From the IMG/VR virus record IMGVR_UViG_3300043540_000321, positions 96,001 to 160,000 of that record: 64,000 bases of DNA; one strand, given 5' to 3'. The position numbers were made by a program, and so were the translations under genes. Below the pieces are notes generated by a model. The model was given only the letters and a program-made list of their open reading frames with translations, was not told the origin of the DNA and searched no databases. This document shows positions 37,721 to 47,636 of the stretch, one piece after another; the stretch's first letter is position 1, and each line of letters begins with the position of its first letter. The DNA comes from a virus.

Positions 37721-37918
37721 ATGTTTGAAGTCTTACTATTTGCAGTCGCCGTATCCATCATCGGTGCGAGGTTCTTCCCCAATACAGACTCCTCAAAGGT
37801 GATGACGATCGCGTTGGTTCTGACGGGTCTCTGTATCACAGGGAAGCTCCTGTACGATCGCGGCTACAACGATGCTTTGTACGACCACGGTTGGAACAGT
37901 CCAGCACAACTTAAGTAA
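37721..37918 (+). CDS. small two-TM membrane protein
   Basis: AGGAGG RBS; two hydrophobic segments. Confidence 0.65.
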   Translation: MFEVLLFAVAVSIIGARFFPNTDSSKVMTIALVLTGLCITGKLLYDRGYNDALYDHGWNSPAQLK

Positions 37919-38074
37919 AGAAATTTTATGGAAGAAACAATCGATACCAGCAAAGGCGATCGACCATCTGTGACAGGGGTGGGAGGGACGGGCTCTGCGA
38001 TCGCCTTCGCCGGTTATGTTTTGACTACTTGGGCACGTCACGTTTGGAAGTGGAAGCGATGATAGCCGCTAGGA

Positions 38075-38302
38075 ATGTTCGAGTCATTCCGTGCCCGCAT
38101 TGTTAACGTATTCCGAAAGGAGAAAATTATGAACATCCCAGTTGACGCGATCGTATTCGCGATGCTGTTCGTGTGCTGGTACCTCACCTTCTTAGAGTTG
38201 AGTAAGCCAGATAAGAAAGATGATGACGACGACGATGACTGGAACGGTGGGCATCCCGTTGGGCATGTCTATCCTATGCCAGTGTGTCAGGAGGTAGCAT
38301 GA
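38075..38302 (+). CDS. small membrane protein with poly-Asp
   Basis: AAGGAG before internal ATG 38129; one TM then DDDDDDD. Confidence 0.55.
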   Translation: MFESFRARIVNVFRKEKIMNIPVDAIVFAMLFVCWYLTFLELSKPDKKDDDDDDDWNGGHPVGHVYPMPVCQEVA

Positions 38303-38730
38303 TCCACGAAGGTCTCAAATTGGACATGACCAAAATGGTCTGGTCTGAATGGAAGAGACACACATGGCAGTTTGATGATGGCAATACTGTTCCGTATTTT
38401 GAATCGACCTGCGAGGTCGACGTAACTGATACGTTTGACCTTGCTCCAAGGTATGTACTATCGGTCAAGCGATGGCCCAAAAGCATGACTATGACCGTAG
38501 TGATTTGCTACGCCTACAGTCCAAAAGGCAGTACCCGAATCGAGAAACTTCCCACCAAAGATTTTATCGACCAGTGGGAAGATATCTTGAAACGAGCCCT
38601 CGACAAAATCGTGGAGGACGCCTCGTATTACGACGGAGAGTCTGAGGACTACGACGGCAGTATGGAATGGTGGGGATGGGGAAGTTACGACTATGGTGAC
38701 TCGCCCTGGAAAGATTGGTATTACAAATAA
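38284..38730 (+). CDS. hypothetical protein
   Basis: 148-aa ORF, AGGAGG before the internal ATG. Confidence 0.65.
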   Translation: MSGGSMIHEGLKLDMTKMVWSEWKRHTWQFDDGNTVPYFESTCEVDVTDTFDLAPRYVLSVKRWPKSMTMTVVICYAYSPKGSTRIEKLPTKDFIDQWEDILKRALDKIVEDASYYDGESEDYDGSMEWWGWGSYDYGDSPWKDWYYK

Positions 38731-38928
38731 CTACCCAAGTCGCGAGGGGCGTGCTTTTCACGTCCCTCCTTTTTTTAATAAACTCAGTTCGAACCGTTCG
38801 TTTATTAAAACTGATGTATCCTTGAGAGGGCTTGTAGGATGTCTGGATTTGGACTAGCATCTTCAGAGAACCGCAAGGGATTATTAAAACCAGTAGGTGT
38901 GAAGCATTTGTATTAAAGGAAAAATCTT

Positions 38929-39678
38929 ATGTCGAGCATTGCTGAAACTGAAACTGGATTTGAACATGCCGGTGAGAAAAATAGCCTGGCAGTCATGCGT
39001 CCCAATCCACCTCAACCAATTGCTCACGAAGCCGCTGGAGTAGACCCCACTGAGGAGAAACCAGCGATCGAGGAGTCCCTGGAGTCTGTGGAGACAGGAG
39101 ACGGCGTAGATGTCAGCGGTATTGAAGCTCAGATGATCCACGGATGGGTCATGTCTGCCGTAGAGAAATACGGCATGATCGGCATGGACTTAGCGGTCTA
39201 TAAGATCAACGGCACACGCATTCAAAACAACTACGCAGTGGACCCCAAGAACTCGAACATGATTGTTGTTCGGGTCAAACTTCCCTTTGTAAGTCTCCAA
39301 TACGAAGAGGTGACGAAGGGAGATGGGGAAAACAGCGTCACGAAAAGTGTTCTGTCCAGTTTCGTCTTACCAGCAGAAAGGCTAAACCGTCCGGAGAGAG
39401 GTGACCAGATGATCTGGGTCGCAAACTCATGCTCACTGATTATTGTGTTGCCCGATGAAAGTCGAATCCATCCGATCATCAGGAATGGAGAGCACGCCCG
39501 TCTGAGAAAGGGACAGGGTGAGTATTTGCACACCATTTACAACTTCAAGGAGGCAAAGGTTGCCTCAGTGCGGTGTAAGAAAGTGACTCCTAAGCCTGTT
39601 CTAAAACCAAGGTCAAACTTCACTAAAGGAGCAGACGAATGTTCAAGCCAATTATTATTGGCGTCGTCGTCTGTCTGA
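38929..39678 (+). CDS. hypothetical protein
   Basis: 249-aa ORF. Confidence 0.7.
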   Translation: MSSIAETETGFEHAGEKNSLAVMRPNPPQPIAHEAAGVDPTEEKPAIEESLESVETGDGVDVSGIEAQMIHGWVMSAVEKYGMIGMDLAVYKINGTRIQNNYAVDPKNSNMIVVRVKLPFVSLQYEEVTKGDGENSVTKSVLSSFVLPAERLNRPERGDQMIWVANSCSLIIVLPDESRIHPIIRNGEHARLRKGQGEYLHTIYNFKEAKVASVRCKKVTPKPVLKPRSNFTKGADECSSQLLLASSSV

Positions 39679-40040
39679 TGCTCATCGGCGTCGGACAGAG
39701 AGGGGCTAAAAAGAATGTCTCCCTCTGCGACGCCGAATCAGCCCAGGAGGGCACCTTCATCTTTGATGCTCAGGCTGGAAATGCGAACAATGGAGTAGTC
39801 ACCCTTTCAAACGGGGGCTGCTCCATTTCTGTATTTACCCAGATTGATGTCAAAGGTATTCATGGAAAGGCAACCGCTATCAAATCAACGAATGGGAGTT
39901 ACGAACTGCAAAGTTGGAACCCTGTCGATGACATCGAGTGGGTGAGAGTCAATCGGATTGTTCCGAAGGGCGGGCACACCTACGGTCAAGATGATAAAGG
40001 AGCCTGGTTCAGAGTCAATTCGGCTGACCTGGCACAATAG
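39639..40040 (+). CDS. secreted/membrane-anchored hypothetical protein
   Basis: N-terminal hydrophobic helix, 133 aa. Confidence 0.65.
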   Translation: MFKPIIIGVVVCLMLIGVGQRGAKKNVSLCDAESAQEGTFIFDAQAGNANNGVVTLSNGGCSISVFTQIDVKGIHGKATAIKSTNGSYELQSWNPVDDIEWVRVNRIVPKGGHTYGQDDKGAWFRVNSADLAQ

Positions 40041-40285
40041 CAAGGCGATCGCGGTATCATAAGTCAATCCAACAAGGATGATGCCGCGGAGTCAGCCGAT
40101 GTTGGATTTTATGGCGAGCCAGACAATCTGGTGGCCGTTTCGGGCGGAAGGCTGGAGCTTGCTCTCCCTTCCGTCCGTTACAAAGTTTCAAGAGCGCCCC
40201 GTACCCAGCCGGACAGGATAGGTTGAAGTCCTCCAAAATATTGCTCTAGTCATTAACCATTTACTGATTTTCTAGGAGAAAGACA

Positions 40286-41386
40286 ATGCTTACACTACTC
40301 GCGGGAGGAGTGCTTGGCACCGCCGTGGGGTGGTTGTTCGCACGTATCCCTGGACTCTCTTCAATGCACGCGATGTGGCTGTCCATGATCATTGGATTAA
40401 TAAATCCTGCAGCCAGTGTCGCAGCAGTAGCATCGAGCTACATCGTTTCAACATTCCTGGGCTCAGCTAAAGAAGCACTGACCCCAATGTTGTCGGGCGA
40501 TATTAATGCAGTAGCGGCTGGAGACCCAGCGGCGGCTGTGTACCTAGACACAAAAGATTTCGCTCAGAACATTTTCTGGGGGAAATTCGCAGGTCTGGTT
40601 GCTGGTTTAATGGCTGGATGTTTCATGTGGTGGCTGATGCCTGGAAGCATAGGGATGCTAGTGGCGATCGCACTCATGGCGATCAGTACCCGCAGGCTCG
40701 GAAACAAATGGGTGAACCTCGCGTTCATCCTGGTCAGTCAGCTATTCTTCTGGGTAGCTCCAATAGTCGGAATCAGTCAACCCATATTTGCTCTGGTTAC
40801 AAGTTTTTACATGATTCCATCGTGCCTGGGCGCTCATTTTACAGAGAACATAGGCTATGGAACAGACAAGGTCTCCTTCAAGAACGAAGGAACGAAAGGG
40901 TTCTTCAGTGCAATCCTATCGCTGGTATCGCCCGGTATGAGTCCAGGGTTCCTGGTGCTCAGCACGGCGAAGAAGACCAACCCCGCTATTCAGGTCGCGG
41001 TGGCTGGAGCCAGTATGTTCTTAGAAGGGTTCGCCATCTCGGCTGCCCTCAATGGAAGAACCGTTCATAAGGCTGTCCTCGGAATCGAGGTGGGAGAGCA
41101 AAATATCACCACGCCATTGGCAATTATGCTATTGGTGCTGGCGATGCTCTGTCAAAGATGGCTACCCCAGACCTACACACATTATCTGGCGATAGTCCGA
41201 AACAAACGCAACTTCGAAATGGCGAAGCATATCTCACTCGTAGCAGCTATTGGCACATGTGCTGTCTGTGCAGGCTGGCTTAGTGTGGTGCTAATTCCAG
41301 TTGGGCTGCTGCTCAATAGTCTAATTAAAGAGACTGGAACGCCTGGCACCGTACGATCGATGTTATTCGCCGGGGCTTTGCTATAG
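40286..41386 (+). CDS. polytopic membrane protein (possibly TctA-like)
   Basis: 366 aa with about 10 hydrophobic segments; family call is weak. Confidence 0.55.
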   Translation: MLTLLAGGVLGTAVGWLFARIPGLSSMHAMWLSMIIGLINPAASVAAVASSYIVSTFLGSAKEALTPMLSGDINAVAAGDPAAAVYLDTKDFAQNIFWGKFAGLVAGLMAGCFMWWLMPGSIGMLVAIALMAISTRRLGNKWVNLAFILVSQLFFWVAPIVGISQPIFALVTSFYMIPSCLGAHFTENIGYGTDKVSFKNEGTKGFFSAILSLVSPGMSPGFLVLSTAKKTNPAIQVAVAGASMFLEGFAISAALNGRTVHKAVLGIEVGEQNITTPLAIMLLVLAMLCQRWLPQTYTHYLAIVRNKRNFEMAKHISLVAAIGTCAVCAGWLSVVLIPVGLLLNSLIKETGTPGTVRSMLFAGALL

Positions 41387-41725
41387 TAGGAACAGGTTTT
41401 TCGTAGTGAAAACCTTCTTTTTTTGTAATTTACAGAAGGGCTGGTACTCCAGCCCTTCTTTGTGCCTTATACTGAAAGGGCTTATTGGGTTGTGTGCCTT
41501 ACTAAAAAGGATGGAGAAATTCTCCGTCCTTTTTTTATCAATAACAGGACGTAAAACCGAACACCGTAACGCAGCCCACCTAGAATAGAGAAGTGATTGG
41601 GAATGGGAGCTTTCGGTCTCCTTTTTTAATGCCCACAGGACGCGATCGCAGATAATGTCAGCACCCCGCACTGAAGTGACGGGGCTTCTCGGAGGTTCCG
41701 GTGAAAAATCCTTAGAGGTATTTTT

Positions 41726-42283
41726 ATGGATGACGCTAGAAATTTATTCAGCCCAGCTCTCACATTTGCCCAAAAGGAATTTGCTGAGATATTCCTCGAC
41801 TATATGGTGGCAGACACCTGGTCGAAGCTCATTTATTTAGAGGCGGAATACAGAAAGGAGGTCACCCGTAGAATTTCTAAGTCACCCGATGCAGATATTC
41901 AAAGGCTCCAGCTCGGTCTACAGCAGATGGCAAACAGCCGAGAGATACGCCCACCCTATGAGGAGCCAGGAGGGCTCAGTGCCCATAAGATATTCTCCAG
42001 GATAGCTGTAGTAAGTGAATACCCACTCCCCTACGAAGGCGATAGGGAATGGGCATTAAAGCAGATGAGAGAGATTAAGGAGCGGGTTGGTCTCGAAGAC
42101 CATGCCATAATCCAGAAGATTTCCCTGAACCAGACCGAGCTCGGCAGACTATTTGAAGTAGGGGGAGACCTGTACTTCCGATCGTTTATTTGCTGGCAGG
42201 AGGGGTGTGAGGGATACGACCACGATTGTATTCGAGAGCGGATAGATTGGCTGAATGAGGCTGGATTACTGGCTGAGCGTTAG
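41726..42283 (+). CDS. hypothetical protein
   Basis: 185 aa, GAGGT RBS. Confidence 0.65.
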   Translation: MDDARNLFSPALTFAQKEFAEIFLDYMVADTWSKLIYLEAEYRKEVTRRISKSPDADIQRLQLGLQQMANSREIRPPYEEPGGLSAHKIFSRIAVVSEYPLPYEGDREWALKQMREIKERVGLEDHAIIQKISLNQTELGRLFEVGGDLYFRSFICWQEGCEGYDHDCIRERIDWLNEAGLLAER

Positions 42284-42789
42284 CCTTTAGGGTCTCCCTT
42301 AAAGACACTCCACAACCACTCAAGGAAACGACCAAATCCCTTCTCATCAAAGGGGCCGTCATCCAATGCGGGTGGTGGGACAGGCGTTACGTGTCTATCT
42401 TGATCTTTCTTGTCGAAGGCACAATGAACGACGGGGCCGAACCCTGTTGTAGTGTGTTGGAAAGTAGAGTCCGTTTCAAGGAATCTCTGGTTGAATTTTG
42501 TGACGCGCTCTCCACTTAGATACACATACTCCGCGCTTGTATTGAAAGCGACCTTCGTATTGGGGGCTACAGTGCCTATGTAGTGAGTCCAAATCAAAGT
42601 TCGAGTTAGATTAAACCGGGAGTTTGGAAAGGCAGAGGGTCCAAACGAGGTAACAACCGGAATGATGGCTCCATCGTTGATAGTGAGTGCGGCATGAACT
42701 TTATTTGCTCCTCTGGAGAAGTAAAGGTCGTAATTCTGAGAATGAGGTGCGTTTGGGTTTAAGAAAATAGTGGCACTTGCGGCTACCAC
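42280..42789 (-). CDS. hypothetical protein
   Basis: 169-aa ORF convergent with the previous gene. Confidence 0.55.
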   Translation of the reverse strand: MVAASATIFLNPNAPHSQNYDLYFSRGANKVHAALTINDGAIIPVVTSFGPSAFPNSRFNLTRTLIWTHYIGTVAPNTKVAFNTSAEYVYLSGERVTKFNQRFLETDSTFQHTTTGFGPVVHCAFDKKDQDRHVTPVPPPALDDGPFDEKGFGRFLEWLWSVFKGDPKG

Positions 42790-42856
42790 GCCCTGAAGAG
42801 TAGACTTGTTGCTTTATAAGGTAGATTAATTTTATCTTCTGATAAGGTATCAGACT

Positions 42857-43483
42857 ATGCTCAACCTTCATCGTGCGCTGGAAAATGACCGCCTGTTGAG
42901 GGCGTTAACTGGGCTGAATCGCAAAGCGTTTGACGAGTTGTGCGAGATCTTCGGTGCAGTCTATCAAGAGACACTCCAAAGCGATCTTAAACCACGAAAA
43001 CGAGCTAGAGGCGGGGAGAGGAAAGCTCGGTTGGGGAGTATGGCAGCCAAACTATTCTTCATCTTGTTCTATTTCAAGTGTTACCCGACGTTCGATGTTT
43101 TAAGCTTCCTGTTTGATTTAGAACGGGGCCGAGCGAATCGGTGGATGCATCGTCTACAAAGGATTCTGGAAACAGCTCTGGGTAAGAAGATGGTGTTACC
43201 CGAACGGAAACTCGAAAGTATTGAGCAGTTTCTAGAACGGTTTCCAGCGGTGAGGGAGGTGATTTTGGGTGGGACAGAACGTCCCGTGCAGCGTCCCAAA
43301 GATACCGAGAAACAGAAGCAGCATTACTCTGGCAAGAAGAAACGGCATACTCGCAAGCACATCACGGGTAGCACGCGAACCAAGCGAGTGATTATCCTGA
43401 CCCCAGCCAGAGCTGGGAAGATGCATGATAAGCGGCAACTGGATGAAGCAGATTTGGTGGGCCTGGTGTGCGATCAATGTTAA
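42857..43483 (+). pseudogene. truncated IS5-superfamily (DDE_Tnp_4-type) transposase
   Basis: LLRALTGLNRKAFDEL, YPTFDVLSFLF, GTERPVQRP and YSGKKKRHT motifs; first catalytic Asp position reads G (ILGGTER); ends before the rest of the DDE domain. Confidence 0.85.
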
Positions 43484-43496
43484 CTGAGAGGACTCG

Positions 43497-43820
43497 ATGA
43501 GAATTTCAGACCCAGCCGAAACCAACGAAGCATTTTACACTCTACAGAAGGCTGTGGAGCAAAGAAACTTTCTAGTCGCATTGATCGAAGGGAAGTATCA
43601 AGCGTATTGTCTCCTACGGGCGGAAGCACAAACCACAGAGGAATTCCTTATCCTCCTGGGTGCTAATCTAGTCCTGGAACGTTTACTGGAAGAGATCGGC
43701 AAGGGCCATCTGTGTGACCCTGAGTTCGTCGAACCGAGTCTTCTAAAGAAAGCCCGCTTGCCCTATTTCTTTGGTAATGAGTATGACTATGCCCTCGGAG
43801 AAGATAACAGCGACGGCTGA
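43497..43820 (+). CDS. hypothetical protein
   Basis: 107 aa, GAGG RBS. Confidence 0.6.
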   Translation: MRISDPAETNEAFYTLQKAVEQRNFLVALIEGKYQAYCLLRAEAQTTEEFLILLGANLVLERLLEEIGKGHLCDPEFVEPSLLKKARLPYFFGNEYDYALGEDNSDG

Positions 43821-44067
43821 AAATTTAATTCAGCATTCGATTGAGTTCGTCTACAAAGGAATGGTCATTAAAGGGGAGATCCTGACCCGTTTGCGCCCAG
43901 ACACGGCCACTCTGGAGCAACCTTACCTGAGAGTAAATGGGCGGAACCCTGTGCTGATTCCATACAGTCTTCAGATGACAGCGGTTAAAATCATCTCTGC
44001 GCAGCGAATGGACGATGAATACAATAAGCTGTGCGAAAAACTTTTTCGAGGTTGTTTATTTCCATAG
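43771..44067 (+). CDS. hypothetical protein
   Basis: 98-aa ORF in a tightly packed operon. Confidence 0.55.
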   Translation: MVMSMTMPSEKITATAENLIQHSIEFVYKGMVIKGEILTRLRPDTATLEQPYLRVNGRNPVLIPYSLQMTAVKIISAQRMDDEYNKLCEKLFRGCLFP

Positions 44068-44079
44068 AGGGAAAGAAAT

Positions 44080-44283
44080 ATGAACTTTAAGGCACGTTTC
44101 CTAACGACGTTAGCCTGCCTCCTACTCGGGTTTGCTGGGTTTGCTACAGCAGGCGGTAAGAGGTTCGCCAGCAACCTTTCCGCTGTGTTAATCGGAGTTG
44201 GAGTTGGGATGACCCTGAACGAAGCCTTCCGGCGAGAGGACGAAGTTTTTGGGGATGAGAATGATGACAGTCGTTTTTACTAA
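44080..44283 (+). CDS. small two-TM membrane protein
   Basis: Two hydrophobic segments. Confidence 0.6.
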   Translation: MNFKARFLTTLACLLLGFAGFATAGGKRFASNLSAVLIGVGVGMTLNEAFRREDEVFGDENDDSRFY

Positions 44284-44569
44284 ATATGCCGCAGAGTTAA
44301 GGACAGATATCAAGCAGCGGACTCGACTCTGCGGTATTAAGAACAATACCTATGGGTCGGGGCTAAACCTTATAGCCAAGATGGTGGCGCTGGCAAAGAC
44401 CGACTTCCCTTTCCTCATTGACGGAGACTTCTGGGTAGTGTCTTATGACGGCGACCGCTGGAAGAGGCAAACTGGTATCGAATTTGAAGTACCCACTGAA
44501 TGTCCACTGCCTAAGGATTACCAAGTGTGCGATCGCCTGGAGTATATCTTCGCTGGGAATAAATCTTGA
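44249..44569 (+). CDS. hypothetical protein
   Basis: 106-aa ORF. Confidence 0.55.
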   Translation: MGMRMMTVVFTKYAAELRTDIKQRTRLCGIKNNTYGSGLNLIAKMVALAKTDFPFLIDGDFWVVSYDGDRWKRQTGIEFEVPTECPLPKDYQVCDRLEYIFAGNKS

Positions 44570-44587
44570 TCGATTGATGGAGCAAGT

Positions 44588-44776
44588 ATGAAGCCAACGC
44601 AAATATTTTACACAGGAGTAGTTATAATAGTCCTGGGGATTGCTGGAGCCTTTGGGGGTCTCTGTACCGGGAGTAAAGGGCTGTCGCTCTTTAGCCTTTT
44701 CGGTCTAGCCTTCGGAGGAGGAGTGATGACGGCTGGAGTTTTAGCATCGGCGAAACCTGACAATGACCTCTACTAA
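44588..44776 (+). CDS. small two-TM membrane protein
   Basis: GGAG RBS; Gly-rich hydrophobic segments. Confidence 0.6.
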   Translation: MKPTQIFYTGVVIIVLGIAGAFGGLCTGSKGLSLFSLFGLAFGGGVMTAGVLASAKPDNDLY

Positions 44777-45506
44777 CACAAAACGAAGAACCGACCACTG
44801 GTGGGAGTTCTCTCACGATTTAATAAAAACTCACGCTTTTCCAGGCGTAGTTGAAAATGTCAATTTGCGATGGCAGTCCCCCAGCTCCGGACGGGATATC
44901 GATATGATACCGCTCGGTAACGACCTGGCCCTCATCCTGCCGATCGGACTGAACGATACGGAGGAAGACCCAGAGCTGGATCAGGCTCTAATAAACGCAG
45001 AGAGGATAGAAGCCCATTGGAGGAGTTACTGTGAGGAAAACGGACTTCCTACTTCTAAGGTAAGTACGAATGTTGAAAGTATCCTGTCTCTTGTCTACCC
45101 ATTTGTCGATCGCATTGCGGGCAGTACTGTTCCTTACGTCATCACCTTTAACCAGAACGACCTGACTGAGTATTTTACAGCTCAGATAAAGGAGCGGGAC
45201 TGGGAGTTTATTAAGCAAAAGGCCCTCTCCAATACTGAAGAAGTCTGTGGAGAGCCCGACTTGAGAGAGGGGTCTGCATTCCTTGGTTCAGTGATGAGCC
45301 TTACGCCCAGTGGCAAGGTGTATATGCCCTGGTCTTCTAATGTGACCCATGAGGAAGCCTGGATTGACTCTGTTTGGTGGGAGGCCTTGGAGAGTGTCGC
45401 CGAACAGTATGGGATGTATGTGGGGTGTGGTGAAGAGTGTGCGAGTGATGTGTTCGCGTTTATAGAGGTCAAAGTCGAGGAGGACGCTGATGACGACGAC
45501 CGTTAG
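44763..45506 (+). CDS. hypothetical acidic protein
   Basis: 247-aa ORF. Confidence 0.7.
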   Translation: MTSTNTKRRTDHWWEFSHDLIKTHAFPGVVENVNLRWQSPSSGRDIDMIPLGNDLALILPIGLNDTEEDPELDQALINAERIEAHWRSYCEENGLPTSKVSTNVESILSLVYPFVDRIAGSTVPYVITFNQNDLTEYFTAQIKERDWEFIKQKALSNTEEVCGEPDLREGSAFLGSVMSLTPSGKVYMPWSSNVTHEEAWIDSVWWEALESVAEQYGMYVGCGEECASDVFAFIEVKVEEDADDDDR

Positions 45507-45970
45507 CAATGTAGGCGAGTCTATTATCCTGCGCTTGCCCGAGTTCGGAGAGCATCTAGACAAAGGACTCGAGATGATTATTGGAATCTATATGAGCTGT
45601 ATACCTTTTTGATCGAGCTGCTTAAGCAGTTCGGAAATCTCGATGTCCGGATTAAAGGAGGAGACCTCTGAAGTCTCTCTTCTCTTATCTGCGTATTGCA
45701 GGTACTGGGTTTGAGTCTTACGTCGACGAAGAAAGTGTCAAGAAGTGGTTGAAAGTCAATAGACCGGATGATTACGGAATCCTTTTTCAAGAGGAGGAAA
45801 CTGATGACGATCTACTTTAGATCGCTTAAAATCGAACCTGAAGAGACCGTAGCTGTATGTGATGTCTACAGCGCGGGACGGGATTACTACTAACTTGTGA
45901 TGTCAGTTATTAGTGAAATGAACCAAGGGAGCCCCTGTGAATAAGGCTCCCTTTCTTTGCCCAGAGGTTT

Positions 45971-46043
45971 CTCCCGTTGAAGTTGGAAGCCCGCGCTCTA
46001 TCGCCTAGCGATGAGCGTCGGGTAATTCACTAATCAACCGGAG
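45971..46043. ncRNA. candidate structured RNA (long imperfect hairpin) next to the tRNA
   Basis: CTCC-C-GTTGA-AGT..CCCG-CGCTC-T-ATCGC-CTA-GCGAT-GAGCG-T-CGGG..ACT-AA-TCAAC-C-GGAG. Confidence 0.35.
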
Positions 46044-46076
46044 GTGCTCGAGGAGTGCCAACCTATAACATAAAGA

Positions 46077-46147
46077 TGCCCCCAATAGGAATTGAACCTA
46101 TGTAGACCCTTTTAAGGAGGGTTGCATAACCACTATGCTATGGGAGC
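46077..46147 (-). tRNA. tRNA with UUA anticodon (ochre-suppressor-like or degenerate)
   Basis: Cloverleaf: GCTCCCA/TGGGGGC acceptor, GCAT/ATGC D-stem, ACCCT-CCTTAAA-AGGGT anticodon arm, ATAGG-TTCAATT-CCTAT T-arm; C33 instead of U33; no encoded CCA. Confidence 0.8.
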
Positions 46148-46187
46148 AAGTTAATAGAGTGTTCATCCATTTTAACGAGAGGACATT

Positions 46188-46424
46188 ATGTCTGTACCTA
46201 TCCTTCAAAATTCTACCACAGTCCTGAACGCGCTGTTGAGAGGTCGGGTCGAAGGAGTTCTTACCGTGCTGGACCAGCATTGCAAATTAGAGGGCGAGGA
46301 GTTGTATAAAACCTTCGTCGAGATTTGTGCAATCCATCTACAAATGGATGAAGAAGAAGTTAATTACTGGGCAAGAGATTATTTTGCAGAATATGTCAAA
46401 GACGAAGGAAGAGACCCCTCTTAG
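46188..46424 (+). CDS. hypothetical protein
   Basis: GAGG RBS, 78 aa. Confidence 0.65.
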   Translation: MSVPILQNSTTVLNALLRGRVEGVLTVLDQHCKLEGEELYKTFVEICAIHLQMDEEEVNYWARDYFAEYVKDEGRDPS

Positions 46425-46861
46425 GGACCTAGATTACAGACCAGAGTTCCGCCGTCTGGTCTTGAAAGAAGACTCAACCTATTGGAAAAAAAGAGTTTGT
46501 CGAGAAGTGCGGTGGGGCTATCTATGCTGTCTACGTCTACGACTCTCGCGAAGTCACGCACCTGTGTGAACTAGACCCAAGTTACTGCTGCTACCTGGTG
46601 GAGTATTACCCGGAAGAGATGCCAGAGGATGAGTGGGAGCATGAGAGGCTCTTAGACGAGCTCGATGAGGCATGCAACTTAAGCTGTTTCGACGGCGATC
46701 GCGTCACCTACTTTCACTGCTCTCAAGTTGACAAAATTCCGTTGGATAATACTCACCCGTGGTTAAGTAAGCACGCTGTCATGATTGATTATGAGACCAG
46801 TCCAGAAGACTGGGACTTAACCTACGAAGAAGCACTTAGTGAAGTCATAAGCGAGGCTTGA
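46393..46861 (+). pseudogene. hypothetical gene split by a frameshift in an A7 run
   Basis: MSKTKEE...STYWKK continues as EFVEKCGGAIYAVYVYDSREVTHLCELD... if one A of 46486-46492 is removed. Confidence 0.5.
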
Positions 46862-46866
46862 CAAAA

Positions 46867-46892
46867 GAGGGGAAGTTAATAAACTTCCCCTC
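46867..46892. terminator. hairpin between convergent genes
   Basis: GAGGGGAAGTT-AATA-AACTTCCCCTC. Confidence 0.6.
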
Positions 46893-46903
46893 CTGCGTTA
46901 CTA

Positions 46904-47464
46904 CTACTGCTGTGGGATTGAGGCAGGCACCGTTCCTTGAAGAGGTGCCGCGTTCGTCACAACTGTACTAGGGTCGATCGGAAGAGATTGGATGAGTTGA
47001 GTCAGAGTGGATACTGGGACAGGCGCAGCCGAAGTAGCGACCGGAGCTGACTTGCCATCACGAGCTGCGAGATAATCGTCGATCGCGCTGCCGACCTGAT
47101 CGTGAATTTTCTTCACAGGGTCGGGCAGCGCGACGGGAATATCCTTGGCGATCGCTTGCTCAAAACTGGAGTTCTCGAGGATGTGGTCGATCAGGTAAGA
47201 GATGTCTTTATCTGAAACGCCTTCACCGAGGAAAAGTTTAACCGCAGACTCGACAGCTAAAAGATAAGCGTTATCATCCATAGCAGGGTAACGCGATCGC
47301 ACAGCGGCGTCGACTGCATCGTAGATAGGTTTAATGAGAGCCTGGTATTTAATAACAGTGGCTTGCTTAAGATAAGGAGCAACCATGTTATTAATGACTT
47401 GAGTTAGGTAGCTCGCCACGAGATTAGACAGGGCTGGTAGAAGCTGAACAAGAGGTTCGAACAT
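46904..47464 (-). CDS. hypothetical protein
   Basis: 186 aa, Ala/Pro-rich tail. Confidence 0.65.
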   Translation of the reverse strand: MFEPLVQLLPALSNLVASYLTQVINNMVAPYLKQATVIKYQALIKPIYDAVDAAVRSRYPAMDDNAYLLAVESAVKLFLGEGVSDKDISYLIDHILENSSFEQAIAKDIPVALPDPVKKIHDQVGSAIDDYLAARDGKSAPVATSAAPVPVSTLTQLIQSLPIDPSTVVTNAAPLQGTVPASIPQQ

Positions 47465-47636
47465 GATGAGTTTCCGGAAACATCAATCCCAACCTAGATT
47501 TTTATAGTGAACAAAAAGTACGCGAGGAATTTTTGATGCCTGAAAAAGAGCTCAAGGTTAAAAACCTCCTATTAAGTTTGTTTCGCGCAGCTCGCATCGG
47601 AATTAGCGGTCAAGTGGAAATGAGAGGAGGGTCTTA

